Positions 1 through 12,000 of a stretch of 64,000 bases of DNA are shown here, piece by piece. Made by a program: the position numbers and the translations under genes. The DNA is from Rebecca billardiae RCC1528 (Eukaryota; Protista; Haptophyta). The stretch is from assembly GCA_965240325.2 (NCBI GenBank), contig OZ251228.1, forward strand, positions 2,914,001-2,978,000, read 5' to 3'. Position 1 is the stretch's first letter, and every line of letters starts with the position of its first letter. The notes under the pieces were generated by a model, which saw only the letters and a program-made list of their open reading frames with translations, made no database searches and was not told where the DNA came from.

Positions 1-3000
1 CGGCGATGACGCGCCAATCAGCACCGCCGCCACCCGCCCGCCCGCTCGCCTCGCGCCGCGTTACTGAGCCGAGCAGCAGCAGCAGCCTGCTGGGCCACCG
101 CAGGCCTGCGGCCGCAGGGCTGCGGCCGCAGGGCTGCGGCTCGGGCGCGGAGCCGCAGCCCTGCGGGCGCGCGGGCGTGAGGAGTGGCGGCCGCGCGGCA
201 TGCAACGCGGCTCGGAGCGAGCATGGGCGTCGAGGACGCGCCAATCAGCACCGCCGCAACCCGTTCTCCCGCTCGTCTCGCGGCGCGCGACTGAGCCGAG
301 CAGCAGCAGCAGCCTGCTGGGCCACCGCAGGCCTGCGGCCGCAGGGCTGCGGCCGCAGGGCTGCGGCTCGGGCGCGGAGCCGCAGCCCTGCGGGCGCGCG
401 GGCGTGAGGAGTGGCGGCGGCGCGGCATGCAGCGCGGCTCGGAGCGAGCATGGACGGCGAGGACGCGTCGTTCAGCACCGCCGCCACCCGCCCGCCCGCT
501 CGTCTCGCGGCGCGCGACTAAGCCGAGCAGCAGCAGCAGCCTGCTGGGCCACCGCAGGCCTGCGGCCGCAGGGCTGCGGCCGCAGGGCTGCGGCTCGGGC
601 GCGGAGCCGCAGCCCTGCGGGCGCGCGGGCGTGAGGAGTGGCGGCGGCGCGGCATGCAGCGCGGCTCGGAGCGAGCATGGACGGCGAGGACGCGTCATTC
701 AGCACCGCCGCCACCCGCCTGCCCGCTCGCCTCGCGCCGCGCGACTGAGCCGAGCAGCAGCAGCAGCCTGCTGGGCCACCGCAGGCCTGCGGCCGCAGGG
801 CTGCGGCTCGGGCGCGGAGCCGCAGCCCTGCGGGCGCGCGGCCGTGAGGAGTGTTGGCGGCGCGGCATGCAGCGCGGCTCGGAGCGAGCATGGGCGGCGA
901 TGACGCGCCAATCAGCACCGCCGCAACCCGCCCGCCCGCTCGCCTCGCGCCGCGTTACTGAGCCGAGCAGCAGCAGCAGCCTGCTGGGCCACCGCAGGCC
1001 TGCGGCCGCAGGGCTGCGGCTCGGGCGCGGAGCCGCAGCCCTGCGGGCGCGCGGGCGTGAGGAGTGGCGGCGGCGCGGCATGCAGCGCGGCTCGGAGCGA
1101 GCATGGACGGCGAGGACGCGTCGTTCAGCACCGCCGCCACCCGCCCGCCCGCTCGTCTCGCGGCGCGCGACTAAGCCGAGCAGCAGCAGCAGCCTGCTGG
1201 GCCACCGCAGGCCTGCGGCCGCAGGGCTGCGGCCGCAGGGCTGCGGCTCGGGCGCGGAGCCGCAGCCCTGCGGGCGCGCGGGCGTGAGGAGTGGCGGCGG
1301 CGCGGCATGCAGCGCGGCTCGGAGCGAGCATGGACGGCGAGGACGCGTCATTCAGCACCGCCGCCACCCGCCTGCCCGCTCGCCTCGCGCCGCGCGACTG
1401 AGCCGAGCAGCAGCAGCAGCCTGCTGGGCCACCGCAGGCCTGCGGCCGCAGGGCTGCGGCTCGGGCGCGGAGCCGCAGCCCTGCGGGCGCGCGGCCGTGA
1501 GGAGTGTTGGCGGCGCGGCATGCAGCGCGGCTCGGAGCGAGCATGGGCGGCGATGACGCGCCAATCAGCACCGCCGCAACCCGCCCGCCCGCTCCCCTCG
1601 CGCCGCGTTACTGAGCCGAGCAGCAGCAGCAGCCTGCTGGGCCACCGCAGGCCTGCGGCCGCAGGGCTGCGGCTCGGGCGCGGAGCCGCAGCCCTGCGGG
1701 CGCGTGGCCGTGAGGAGTGGCGGCGGCGCGGCATACAGCGCGGCTCGGAGCGAGCATGGCCGTCAAGGACGCGCCAATCAGCACCGCCGTCACCCGCTTT
1801 GCCGCTCGCCTCGCGCCGCGCGACTGATCCGAGCAGCAGCAGCAGCCTGCTGGGCCACCGCAGGCCTGCGGCCGCAGGGCTGCGGCCGCAGGGCTGCAGC
1901 TCGGGCGCGGAGCCGCAGCCCTGCGGGCGCGCGGCCGTGAGGAGTGGCGACGGTGCGGCATGCAGCGCGGCTCGGAGCGAGCATGGGCGTCGAGGACGCG
2001 CCGCTCAGCACCGCCGCCACCCGCCCGCCCGCTCGTCTCGCGCCGCGTGACTGAGCCGAGCAGCAGCAGCAGCCTGCTGGGCCACCGCAGGCCTGCGGCC
2101 GCAGGGCTGCGGCCGCAGGGCTGCGGCTCGGGCGCGGAGCCGCAGCCCTGCGGGCGCGCGGGCGTGAGGAGTGGCGGCGGCGCGGCATGCAGCGCGGCTC
2201 GGAGCGAGCATGGACGGCAAGGACGCGTCAATCAGCACCGCCGCCACAAGCCCGCCCGCTCGCCTCGCGCCGCGCGACTGAGCCGAGCAGCAGCAGCAGC
2301 CTGCTGGGCCACCGCAGGCCTGCGGCCGCAGGGCTGCGGCTCGGGCGCGGAGCCGCAGCCCTGCGGGCGCGCGGCCGTGAGGAGTGGTGGCGGCGTGGCA
2401 TGCAGCGCGGCTCGGAGCGAGCATGGGTGGCGAGGACGCGTCAATCAGCACCGCCACCACCCGCTTTCCCGCTCGTCTCGCGCCGCGCGACTGAGCCGAG
2501 CAGCAGCAGCAGCCTGCTGGGCCACCGCAGGCCTGCGGCCGCAGGGCTGCGGCTCGGGCGCGGAGCCGCAGCCCTGCGGGCGCGCGGGCGTGAGGAGTGG
2601 CGGCGGCGCGGCATACAGCGCGGCGCCGAGCGAGCATGGGCGGCGAGGGTGCGCCGCTCAGCACCGCCACCACCCGCTTTCCCGCTCGTCTCGCGCCGCG
2701 CGACTGAGCCGAGCAGCAGCAGCAGCCTGCTGGGCCACCGCAGGCCTGCGGCCGCAGGGCTGCGGCCGCAGGGCTGCGGCTCGGGCGCGGAGCCGCAGCC
2801 CTGCGGGCGCGCGGGCGTGAGGAGTGGCGGCGGCGCGGCATGCAGCGCGGCTCGGAGCGAGCATGGACGGCAAGGACGCGTCAATCAGCACCGCCGCCAC
2901 AAGCCCGCCCGCTCGCCTCGCGCCGCGCGACTGAGCCGAGCAGCAGCAGCAGCCTGCTGGGCCACCGCAGGCCTGCGGCCGCAGGGCTGCGGCTCGGGCG

Positions 3001-6000
3001 CGGAGCCGCAGCCCTGCGGGCGCGCGGGCGTGAGGAGTGGCGGCGGCGCGGCATGCAGCGCGGCTCGGAGCGAGCATGGACGGCGAGGACGCGTCATTCA
3101 GCACCGCCGCCACAAGCACGCCCGCTCGTCTCGCGCCGCGCGACTGAGCCGAGCAGCAGCAGCAGCCTGCTGGGCCACCGCAGGCCTGCGGCCGCAGGGC
3201 TGCGGCCGCAGGGCTGCGGCTCGGGCGCGGAGCCGCAGCCCTGCGGGCGCGCGGGCGTGAGGAGTGGCGGCGGCGCGGCATGCAGCGCGGCGCCGAGCGA
3301 GCCTGGCCGTCGAGGACCCGTCAATCAGCACCGCCACCACCCGCTTTCCCGCTCGTCTCGCGCCGCGCGACTGAGCCGAGCAGCAGCAGCAGCCTGCTGG
3401 GCCACCGCAGGCCTGCGGCCGCAGGGCTGCGGCCGCAGGGCTGCGGCTCGGGCGCGGAGCCGCAGCCCTGCGGGCGCGCGGGCGTGAGGAGTGGCGGCGG
3501 CGCGGCATACAGCGCGGCTCGGAGCGAGCATGGACGGCGAGGACGCCTCGTTCAGCACCGCCGCCACCCGCCCGCCCGCTCGTCTCGCGGCGCGCGACTA
3601 AGCCGAGCAGCAGCAGCAGCCTGCTGGGCCACCGCAGGCCTGCGGCCGCAGGGCTGCGGCCGCAGGGCTGCGGCTCGGGCGCGGAGCCGCAGCCCTGCGG
3701 GCGCGCGGCCGTGAGGAGTGGCGGCGGCGCGGCATGCAGCGCGGCGCCGAGCGAGCATGGGCGGCGAAGACGCGCCACTCAGCACCGCCGCCACCCGCCC
3801 GCCCGCTCGTCTCGCGCCGCGCGACTGAGCCGAGCAGCAGCAGCAGCCTGCTGGGCCACCGCAGGCCTGCGGCCGCAGGGCTGCGGCTCGGGCGCGGAGC
3901 CGCAGCCCTGCGGGCGCGCGGGCGTGAGGAGTGGCGGCGGCGCGGCATGCAGCGCGGCTCGGAGCGAGCATGGACGGCGAGGACGCGTCATTCAGCACCG
4001 CCGCCACCCGCCTGCCCGCTCGCCTCGCGCCGCGCGACTGAGCCGAGCAGCAGCAGCAGCCTGCTGGGCCACCGCAGGCCTGCGGCAGCAGGGCTGCGGC
4101 TCGGGCGCGGAGCCGCAGCCCTGCGGGCGCGCGGGCGTGAGGAGTGTTGGCGGCGCGGCATGCAGCGCGGCTCGGAGCGAGCATGGGCGGCGATGACGCG
4201 CCAATCAGCACCGCCGCAACCCGCCCGCCCGCTCGCCTCGCGCCGCGTTACTGAGCCGAGCAGCAGCAGCAGCCTGCTGGGCCACCGCAGGCCTGCGGCC
4301 GCAGGGCTGCGGCCGCAGGGCTGCGGCTCGGGCGCGGAGCCGCAGCCCTGCGGGCGCGCGGGCGTGAGGAGTGGCGGCGGCGCGGCATGCAGCGCGGCTC
4401 GAAGCGAGCATGGACGGCGAGGACGCGTCGTTCAGCACCGCCGCCACCCGCCCGCCCGCTCGTCTCGCGGCGCGCGACTAAGCCGAGCAGCAGCAGCAGC
4501 CTGCTGGGCCACCGCAGGCCTGCGGCCGCAGGGCTGCGGCTCGGGCGCGGAGCCGCAGCCCTGCGGGCGCGCGGGCGTGAGGAGTGGCGGCGGCGCGGCA
4601 TACGGCGCGGCGCCGAGCGAGCATGGGCGGCGAGGGTGCGCCGCTCAGCACCGCCACCACCCGCTTTCCCGCTCGTCTCGCGCCGCGCGACTGAGCCGAG
4701 CAGCAGCAGCAGCCTGCTGGGCCACCGCAGGCCTGCGGCCGCAGGCCTGCGGCCGCAGGGCTGCGGCTCGGGCGCGGAGCCGCAGCCCTGCGGGCGCGCG
4801 GGCGTGAGGAGTGGCGGCGGCGCGGCATGCAGCGCGGCTCGGAGCGAGCATGGACGGCGAGGACGCGTCATTCAGCACCGCCGTCACAAGCACGCCCGCT
4901 CGTCTCGCGCCGCGCGACTGAGCCGAGCAGCAGCAGCAGCCTGCTGGGCCACCGCAGGCCTGCGGCCGCAGGGCTGCGGCCGCAGGGCTGCGGCTCGGGC
5001 GCGGAGCCGCAGCCCTGCGGGCGCGCGGCCGTGAGGAGTGGCGGCGGCGCGGCATGCAGCGCGGCGCCGAGCGAGCATTGGCGGCGAGGGTGCGCCGCTC
5101 AGCACCGCCACCACCCGCTTTCCCGCTCGTCTCGCGCCGCGCGACTGAGCCGAGCAGCAGCAGCAGCCTGCTGGGCCACCGCAGGCCTGCGGCCGCAGGG
5201 CTGCGGCTCGGGCGCGGAGCCGCAGCCCTGCGGGCGCGCGGGCGTGACGAGTGGCGGCGGCGCGGCATACAGCGCAGCGCCGAGCGAGCATGGGCGGCGA
5301 GGGTGCGCCGCTCAGCACCGCCACCACCCGCTTTCCCGCTCGCCTCGTACCGCGCGACTGAGCCGAGCAGCAGCAGCAGCCTGCTGGTCCACCGCAGGCC
5401 TGCGGCCGCAGGGCTGCGGCTCGGGCGCGGAGCCGCAGCCCTGCGGGCGCGCGGGCGTGAGGAGTGGCGGCGGCGCGGCATGCAGCGCGGCTCGGAGCGA
5501 GCATGGACGGCAAGGACGCGTCAATCAGCACCGCCGCCACAAGCCCGCCCGCTCGCCTCGCGCCGCGCGACTGAGCCGAGCAGCAGCAGCAGCCTGCTGG
5601 GCCACCGCAGGCCTGCGGCCGCAGGGCTGCGGCCGCAGGGCTGCGGCTCGGGCGCGGAGCCGCAGCCCTGCGGGCGCGCGGGCGTGAGGAGTGGCGGCGG
5701 CGCGGCATGCAGCGCGGCTCGGAGCGAGCATGGGCGGCGAGGACGCGTCATTCAGCACCGCCGCCACAAGCACGCCCGCTCGTCTCGCGCCGCGCGACTG
5801 AGCCGAGCAGCAGCAGCAGCCTGCTGGGCCACCGCAGGCCTGCGGCCGCAGGGCTGCGGCTCGGGCGCGGAGCCGCAGCCCTGCGGGCGCGCGGGCGTGA
5901 GGAGTGGCGGCGGCGCGGCATACAGTGCGGCGCCGAGCGAGCATGGGCGGCGAGGACGCGTCATTCAGCACCGCCGCCACAAGCACGCCCGCTCGTCTCG

Positions 6001-9000
6001 CGCCGCGCGACTGAGCCGAGCAGCAGCAGCAGCCTGCTGGGCCACCGCAGGCCTGCGGCCGCAGGGCTGCGGCTCGGGCGCGGAGCCGCAGCCCTGCGGG
6101 CGCGCGGGCGTGAGGAGTGGCGGCGGCGCGGCATGCAGCGCGGCTCGGAGCGAGCATGGACGGCGAGGACGCGTCATTCAGCACCGCCGCCACAAGCACG
6201 CCCGCTCGTCTCGCGCCGCGCGACTGAGCCGAGCAGCAGCAGCAGCCTGCTGGGCCACCGCAGGCCTGCGGCCGCAGGGCTGCGGCCGCAGGGCTGCGGC
6301 TCGGGCGCGGAGCCGCAGCCCTGCGGGCGCGCGGGCGTGAGGAGTGGCGGCGGCGCGGCATGCAGCGCGGCTCGGAGCGAGCATGGACGGCGCGGACGCG
6401 TCATTCAGCACCGCCGCCACAAGCACGCCCGCTCGTCTCGCGCCGCGCGATTGAGCCGAGCAGCAGCAGCAGCCTGCTGGGCCACCGCAGGCCTGCGGCC
6501 GCAGGGCTGCGGCTCGGGCGCGGAGCCGCAGCCCTGCGGGCGCGCGGGCGTGAGGAGTGGCGGCGGCGCGGCATACAGCGCGGCGCCGAGCGAGCATGGG
6601 CGGCGAGGGTGCGCCGCTCAGCACCGTTACCACCCGCTTTCCCGCTCGTCTCGCGCCGCGCGACTGAGCCGAGCAGCAGCAGCAGCCTGCTGGGCCACCG
6701 CAGGCCTGCGGCCGCAGGGCTGCGGCCGCAGGGCTGCGGCTCGGGCGCGGAGCCGCAGCCCTGCGGGCGCGCGGGCGTGAGGAGTGGCGGCGGCGCGGCA
6801 TGCAGCGCGGCTCGGAGCGAGCATGGACGGCGAGGACGCGTCATTCTGCACCGCCGCCACAAGCACGCCCGCTCGTCTCGCGCCGCGCGACTGAGCCGAG
6901 CAGCAGCAGCAGCCTGCTGGGCCACCGCAGGCCTGCGGCCGCAGGGCTGCGGCCGCAGGGCTGCGGCTCGGGCGCGGAGCCGCAGCCCTGCGGGCGCGCG
7001 GGCGTGAGGAGTGGCGGCGGCGCGGCATGCAGCGCGGCTCGGAGCGAGCATGGACGGCGAGGACGCGCCATTCAGCACCGCCGCCACAAGCACGCCCGCT
7101 CGTCTCGCGCCGCGCGACTGAGCCGAGCAGCAGCAGCAGCCTGCTGGGCCACCGCAGGCCTGCGGCCGCAGGGCTGCGGCTCGGGCGCGGAGCCGCAGCC
7201 CTGCGGGCGCGCGGGCGTGAGGAGTGGCGGCGGCGCGGCATGCAGCGCGGCTCGGAGCGAGCATGGACGGCGAGGACGCGTCATTCAGCACCGCCGCCAC
7301 AAGCACGCCCGCTCGTCTCGCGCCGCGCGACTGAGCCGAGCAGCAGCAGCAGCCTGCTGGGCCACCGCAGGCCTGCGGCCGCAGGGCTGCGGCCGCAGGG
7401 CTGCGGCTCGGGCGCGGAGCCGCAGCCCTGCGGGCGCGCGGGCGTGAGGAGTGGCGGCGGCGCGGCATGCAGCGCGGCTCGGAGCGAGCATGGACGGCGA
7501 GGACGCGTCATTCAGCACCGCCGCCACAAGCACGCCCGCTCGTCTCGCGCCGCGCGACTGAGCCGAGCAGCAGCAGCAGCCTGCTGGGCCACCGCAGGCC
7601 TGCGGCCGCAGGGCTGCGGCCGCAGGGCTGCGGCTCGGGCGCGGAGCCGCAGCCCTGCGGGCGCGCGGGCGTGAGGAGTGGCGGCGGCGCGGCATGCAGC
7701 GCGGCTCGGAGCGAGCATGGACGGCGAGGACGCGTCATTCAGCACCGCCGCCACAAGCACGCCCGCTCGTCTCGCGCCGCGCGACTGAGCCGAGCAGCAG
7801 CAGCAGCCTGCTGGGCCACCGCAGGCCTGCGGCCGCAGGGCTGCGGCCGCAGGGCTGCGGCTCGGGCGCGGAGCCGCAGCCCTGCGGGCGCGCGGGCGTG
7901 AGGAGTGGCGGCGGCGCGGCATACAGCGCGGCGCCGAGCGAGCATGGGCGGCGAGGGTGCGCCGCTCAGCACCGCCACCACCCGCTTTCCCGCTCGTCTC
8001 GCGCCGCGCGACTGAGCCGAGCAGCAGCAGCAGCCTGCTGGGCCACCGCAGGCCTGCGGCCGCAGGGCTGCGGCCGCAGGGCTGCGGCTCGGGCGCGGAG
8101 CCGCAGCCCTGCGGGCGCGCGGGCGTGAGGAGTGGCGGCGGCGCGGCATGCAGCGCGGCTCGGAGCGAGCATGGACGGCGAGGACGCGTCATTCAGCACC
8201 GCCGCCACAAGCACGCCCGCTCGTCTCGCGCCGCGCGACTGAGCCGAGCAGCAGCAGCAGCCTGCTGGGCCACCGCAGGCCTGCGGCCGCAGGGCTGCGG
8301 CCGCAGGGCTGCGGCTCGGGCGCGGAGCCGCAGCCCTGCGGGCGCGCGGGCGTGAGGAGTGGCGGCGGCGCGGCATGCAGCGCGGCTCGGAGCGAGCATG
8401 GACGGCGAGGACGCGTCATTCAGCACCGCCGCCACAAGCACGCCCGCTCGTCTCGCGCCGCGCGACTGAGCCGAGCAGCAGCAGCAGCCTGCTGGGCCAC
8501 CGCAGGCCTGCGGCCGCAGGGCTGCGGCCGCAGGGCTGCGGCTCGGGCGCGGAGCCGCAGCCCTGCGGGCGCGCGGCCGTGAGGAGTGGCGGCGGCGCGG
8601 CATGCAGCGCGGCGCCGAGCGAGCCTGGCCGTCGAGGACGCGTCAATCAGCACCGCCACCACCCGCTTTCCCGCTCGTCTCGCGCCGCGCGACTGAGCCG
8701 AGCAGCAGCAGCAGCCTGCTGGGCCACCGCAGGCCTGCGGCCGCAGGGCTGCGGCTCGGGCGCGGAGCCGCAGCCCTGCGGGCGCGCGGGCGTGAGGAGT
8801 GGCGGCGGCGCGGCATACAGCGCGGCGCCGAGCGAGCATGGGCGGCGAGGGTGCGCCGCTCAGCACCGCCACCACCCGCTTTCCCGCTCGTCTCGCGCCG
8901 CGCGACTGAGCCGAGCAGCAGCAGCAGCCTGCTGGGCCACCGCAGGCCTGCGGCCGCAGGCCTGCGGCCGCAGGGCTGCGGCTCGGGCGCGGAGCCGCAG

Positions 9001-12000
9001 CCCTGCGGGTGCGCGGGCGTGAGGAGTGGCGGCGGCGCGGCATGCAGCGCGGCTCGGAGCGAGCATGGGCGGCGAGGACGCGTCATTCAGCACCGCCGCC
9101 ACAAGCACGCCCGCTCGTCTCGCGCCGCGCGACTGAGCCGAGCAGCAGCAGCAGCCTGCTGGGCCACCGCAGGCCTGCGGCCGCAGGGCTGCGGCTCGGG
9201 CGCGGAGCCGCAGCCCTGCGGGCGCGCGGGCGTGAGGAGTGGCGGCGGCGCGGCATACAGCGCGGCGCCGAGCGAGCATGGGCGGCGAGGACGCGTCATT
9301 CAGCACCGCCGCCACAAGCACGCCCGCTCGTCTCGCGCCGCGCGACTGAGCCGAGCAGCAGCAGCAGCCTGCTGGTCCACCGCAGGCCTGCGGCCGCAGG
9401 GCTGCGGCTCGGGCGCGGAGCCGCAGCCCTGCGGGCGCGCGGGCGTGAGGAGTGGCGGCGGCGCGGCATGCAGCGCGGCTCGGAGCGAGCATGGACGGCA
9501 AGGACGCGTCAATCAGCACCGCCGCCACAAGCCCGCCCGCTCGCCTCGCGCCGCGCGACTGAGCCGAGCAGCAGCAGCAGCCTGCTGGGCCACCGCAGGC
9601 CTGCGGCCGCAGGGCTGCGGCCGCAGGGCTGCGGCTCGGGCGCGGAGCCGCAGCCCTGCGGGCGCGCGGGCGTGAGGAGTGGCGGCGGCGCGGCATGCAG
9701 CGCGGCTCGGAGCGAGCATGGGCGGCGAGGACGCGTCATTCAGCACCGCCGCCACAAGCACGCCCGCTCGTCTCGCGCCGCGCGACTGAGCCGAGCAGCA
9801 GCAGCAGCCTGCTGGGCCACCGCAGGCCTGCGGCCGCAGGGCTGCGGCTCGGGCGCGGAGCCGCAGCCCTGCGGGCGCGCGGGCGTGAGGAGTGGCGGCG
9901 GCGCGGCATACAGTGCGGCGCCGAGCGAGCATGGGCGGCGAGGACGCGTCATTCAGCACCGCCGCCACAAGCACGCCCGCTCGTCTCGCGCCGCGCGACT
10001 GAGCCGAGCAGCAGCAGCAGCCTGCTGGGCCACCGCAGGCCTGCGGCCGCAGGGCTGCGGCTCGGGCGCGGAGCCGCAGCCCTGCGGGCGCGCGGGCGTG
10101 AGGAGTGGCGGCGGCGCGGCATGCAGCGCGGCTCGGAGCGAGCATGGACGGCGAGGACGCGTCATTCAGCACCGCCGCCACAAGCACGCCCGCTCGTCTC
10201 GCGCCGCGCGACTGAGCCGAGCAGCAGCAGCAGCCTGCTGGGCCACCGCAGGCCTGCGGCCGCAGGGCTGCGGCCGCAGGGCTGCGGCTCGGGCGCGGAG
10301 CCGCAGCCCTGCGGGCGCGCGGGCGTGAGGAGTGGCGGCGGCGCGGCATGCAGCGCGGCTCGGAGCGAGCATGGACGGCGCGGACGCGTCATTCAGCACC
10401 GCCGCCACAAGCACGCCCGCTCGTCTCGCGCCGCGCGATTGAGCCGAGCAGCAGCAGCAGCCTGCTGGGCCACCGCAGGCCTGCGGCCGCAGGGCTGCGG
10501 CTCGGGCGCGGAGCCGCAGCCCTGCGGGCGCGCGGGCGTGAGGAGTGGCGGCGGCGCGGCATACAGCGCGGCGCCGAGCGAGCATGGGCGGCGAGGGTGC
10601 GCCGCTCAGCACCGTTACCACCCGCTTTCCCGCTCGTCTCGCGCCGCGCGACTGAGCCGAGCAGCAGCAGCAGCCTGCCGGGCCACCGCAGGCCTGCGGC
10701 CGCAGGGCTGCGGCCGCAGGGCTGCGGCTCGGGCGCGGAGCCGCAGCCCTGCGGGCGCGCGGGCGTGAGGAGTGGCGGCGGCGCGGCATGCAGCGCGGCT
10801 CGGAGCGAGCATGGACGGCGAGGACGCGTCATTCTGCACCGCCGCCACAAGCACGCCCGCTCGTCTCGCGCCGCGCGACTGAGCCGAGCAGCAGCAGCAG
10901 CCTGCTGGGCCACCGCAGGCCTGCGGCCGCAGGGCTGCGGCCGCAGGGCTGCGGCTCGGGCGCGGAGCCGCAGCCCTGCGGGCGCGCGGGCGTGAGGAGT
11001 GGCGGCGGCGCGGCATGCAGCGCGGCTCGGAGCGAGCATGGACGGCGAGGACGCGCCATTCAGCACCGCCGCCACAAGCACGCCCGCTCGTCTCGCGCCG
11101 CGCGACTGAGCCGAGCAGCAGCAGCAGCCTGCTGGGCCACCGCAGGCCTGCGGCCGCAGGGCTGCGGCTCGGGCGCGGAGCCGCAGCCCTGCGGGCGCGC
11201 GGGCGTGAGGAGTGGCGGCGGCGCGGCATGCAGCGCGGCTCGGAGCGAGCATGGACGGCGAGGACGCGTCATTCAGCACCGCCGCCACAAGCACGCCCGC
11301 TCGTCTCGCGCCGCGCGACTGAGCCGAGCAGCAGCAGCAGCCTGCTGGGCCACCGCAGGCCTGCGGCCGCAGGGCTGCGGCCGCAGGGCTGCGGCTCGGG
11401 CGCGGAGCCGCAGCCCTGCGGGCGCGCGGGCGTGAGGAGTGGCGGCGGCGCGGCATGCAGCGCGGCTCGGAGCGAGCATGGACGGCGAGGACGCGTCATT
11501 CAGCACCGCCGCCACAAGCACGCCCGCTCGTCTCGCGCCGCGCGACTGAGCCGAGCAGCAGCAGCAGCCTGCTGGGCCACCGCAGGCCTGCGGCCGCAGG
11601 GCTGCGGCCGCAGGGCTGCGGCTCGGGCGCGGAGCCGCAGCCCTGCGGGCGCGCGGGCGTGAGGAGTGGCGGCGGCGCGGCATGCAGCGCGGCTCGGAGC
11701 GAGCATGGACGGCGAGGACGCGTCATTCAGCACCGCCGCCACAAGCACGCCCGCTCGTCTCGCGCCGCGCGACTGAGCCGAGCAGCAGCAGCAGCCTGCT
11801 GGGCCACCGCAGGCCTGCGGCCGCAGGGCTGCGGCCGCAGGGCTGCGGCTCGGGCGCGGAGCCGCAGCCCTGCGGGCGCGCGGGCGTGAGGAGTGGCGGC
11901 GGCGCGGCATACAGCGCGGCGCCGAGCGAGCATGGGCGGCGAGGGTGCGCCGCTCAGCACCGCCACCACCCGCTTTCCCGCTCGTCTCGCGCCGCGCGAC

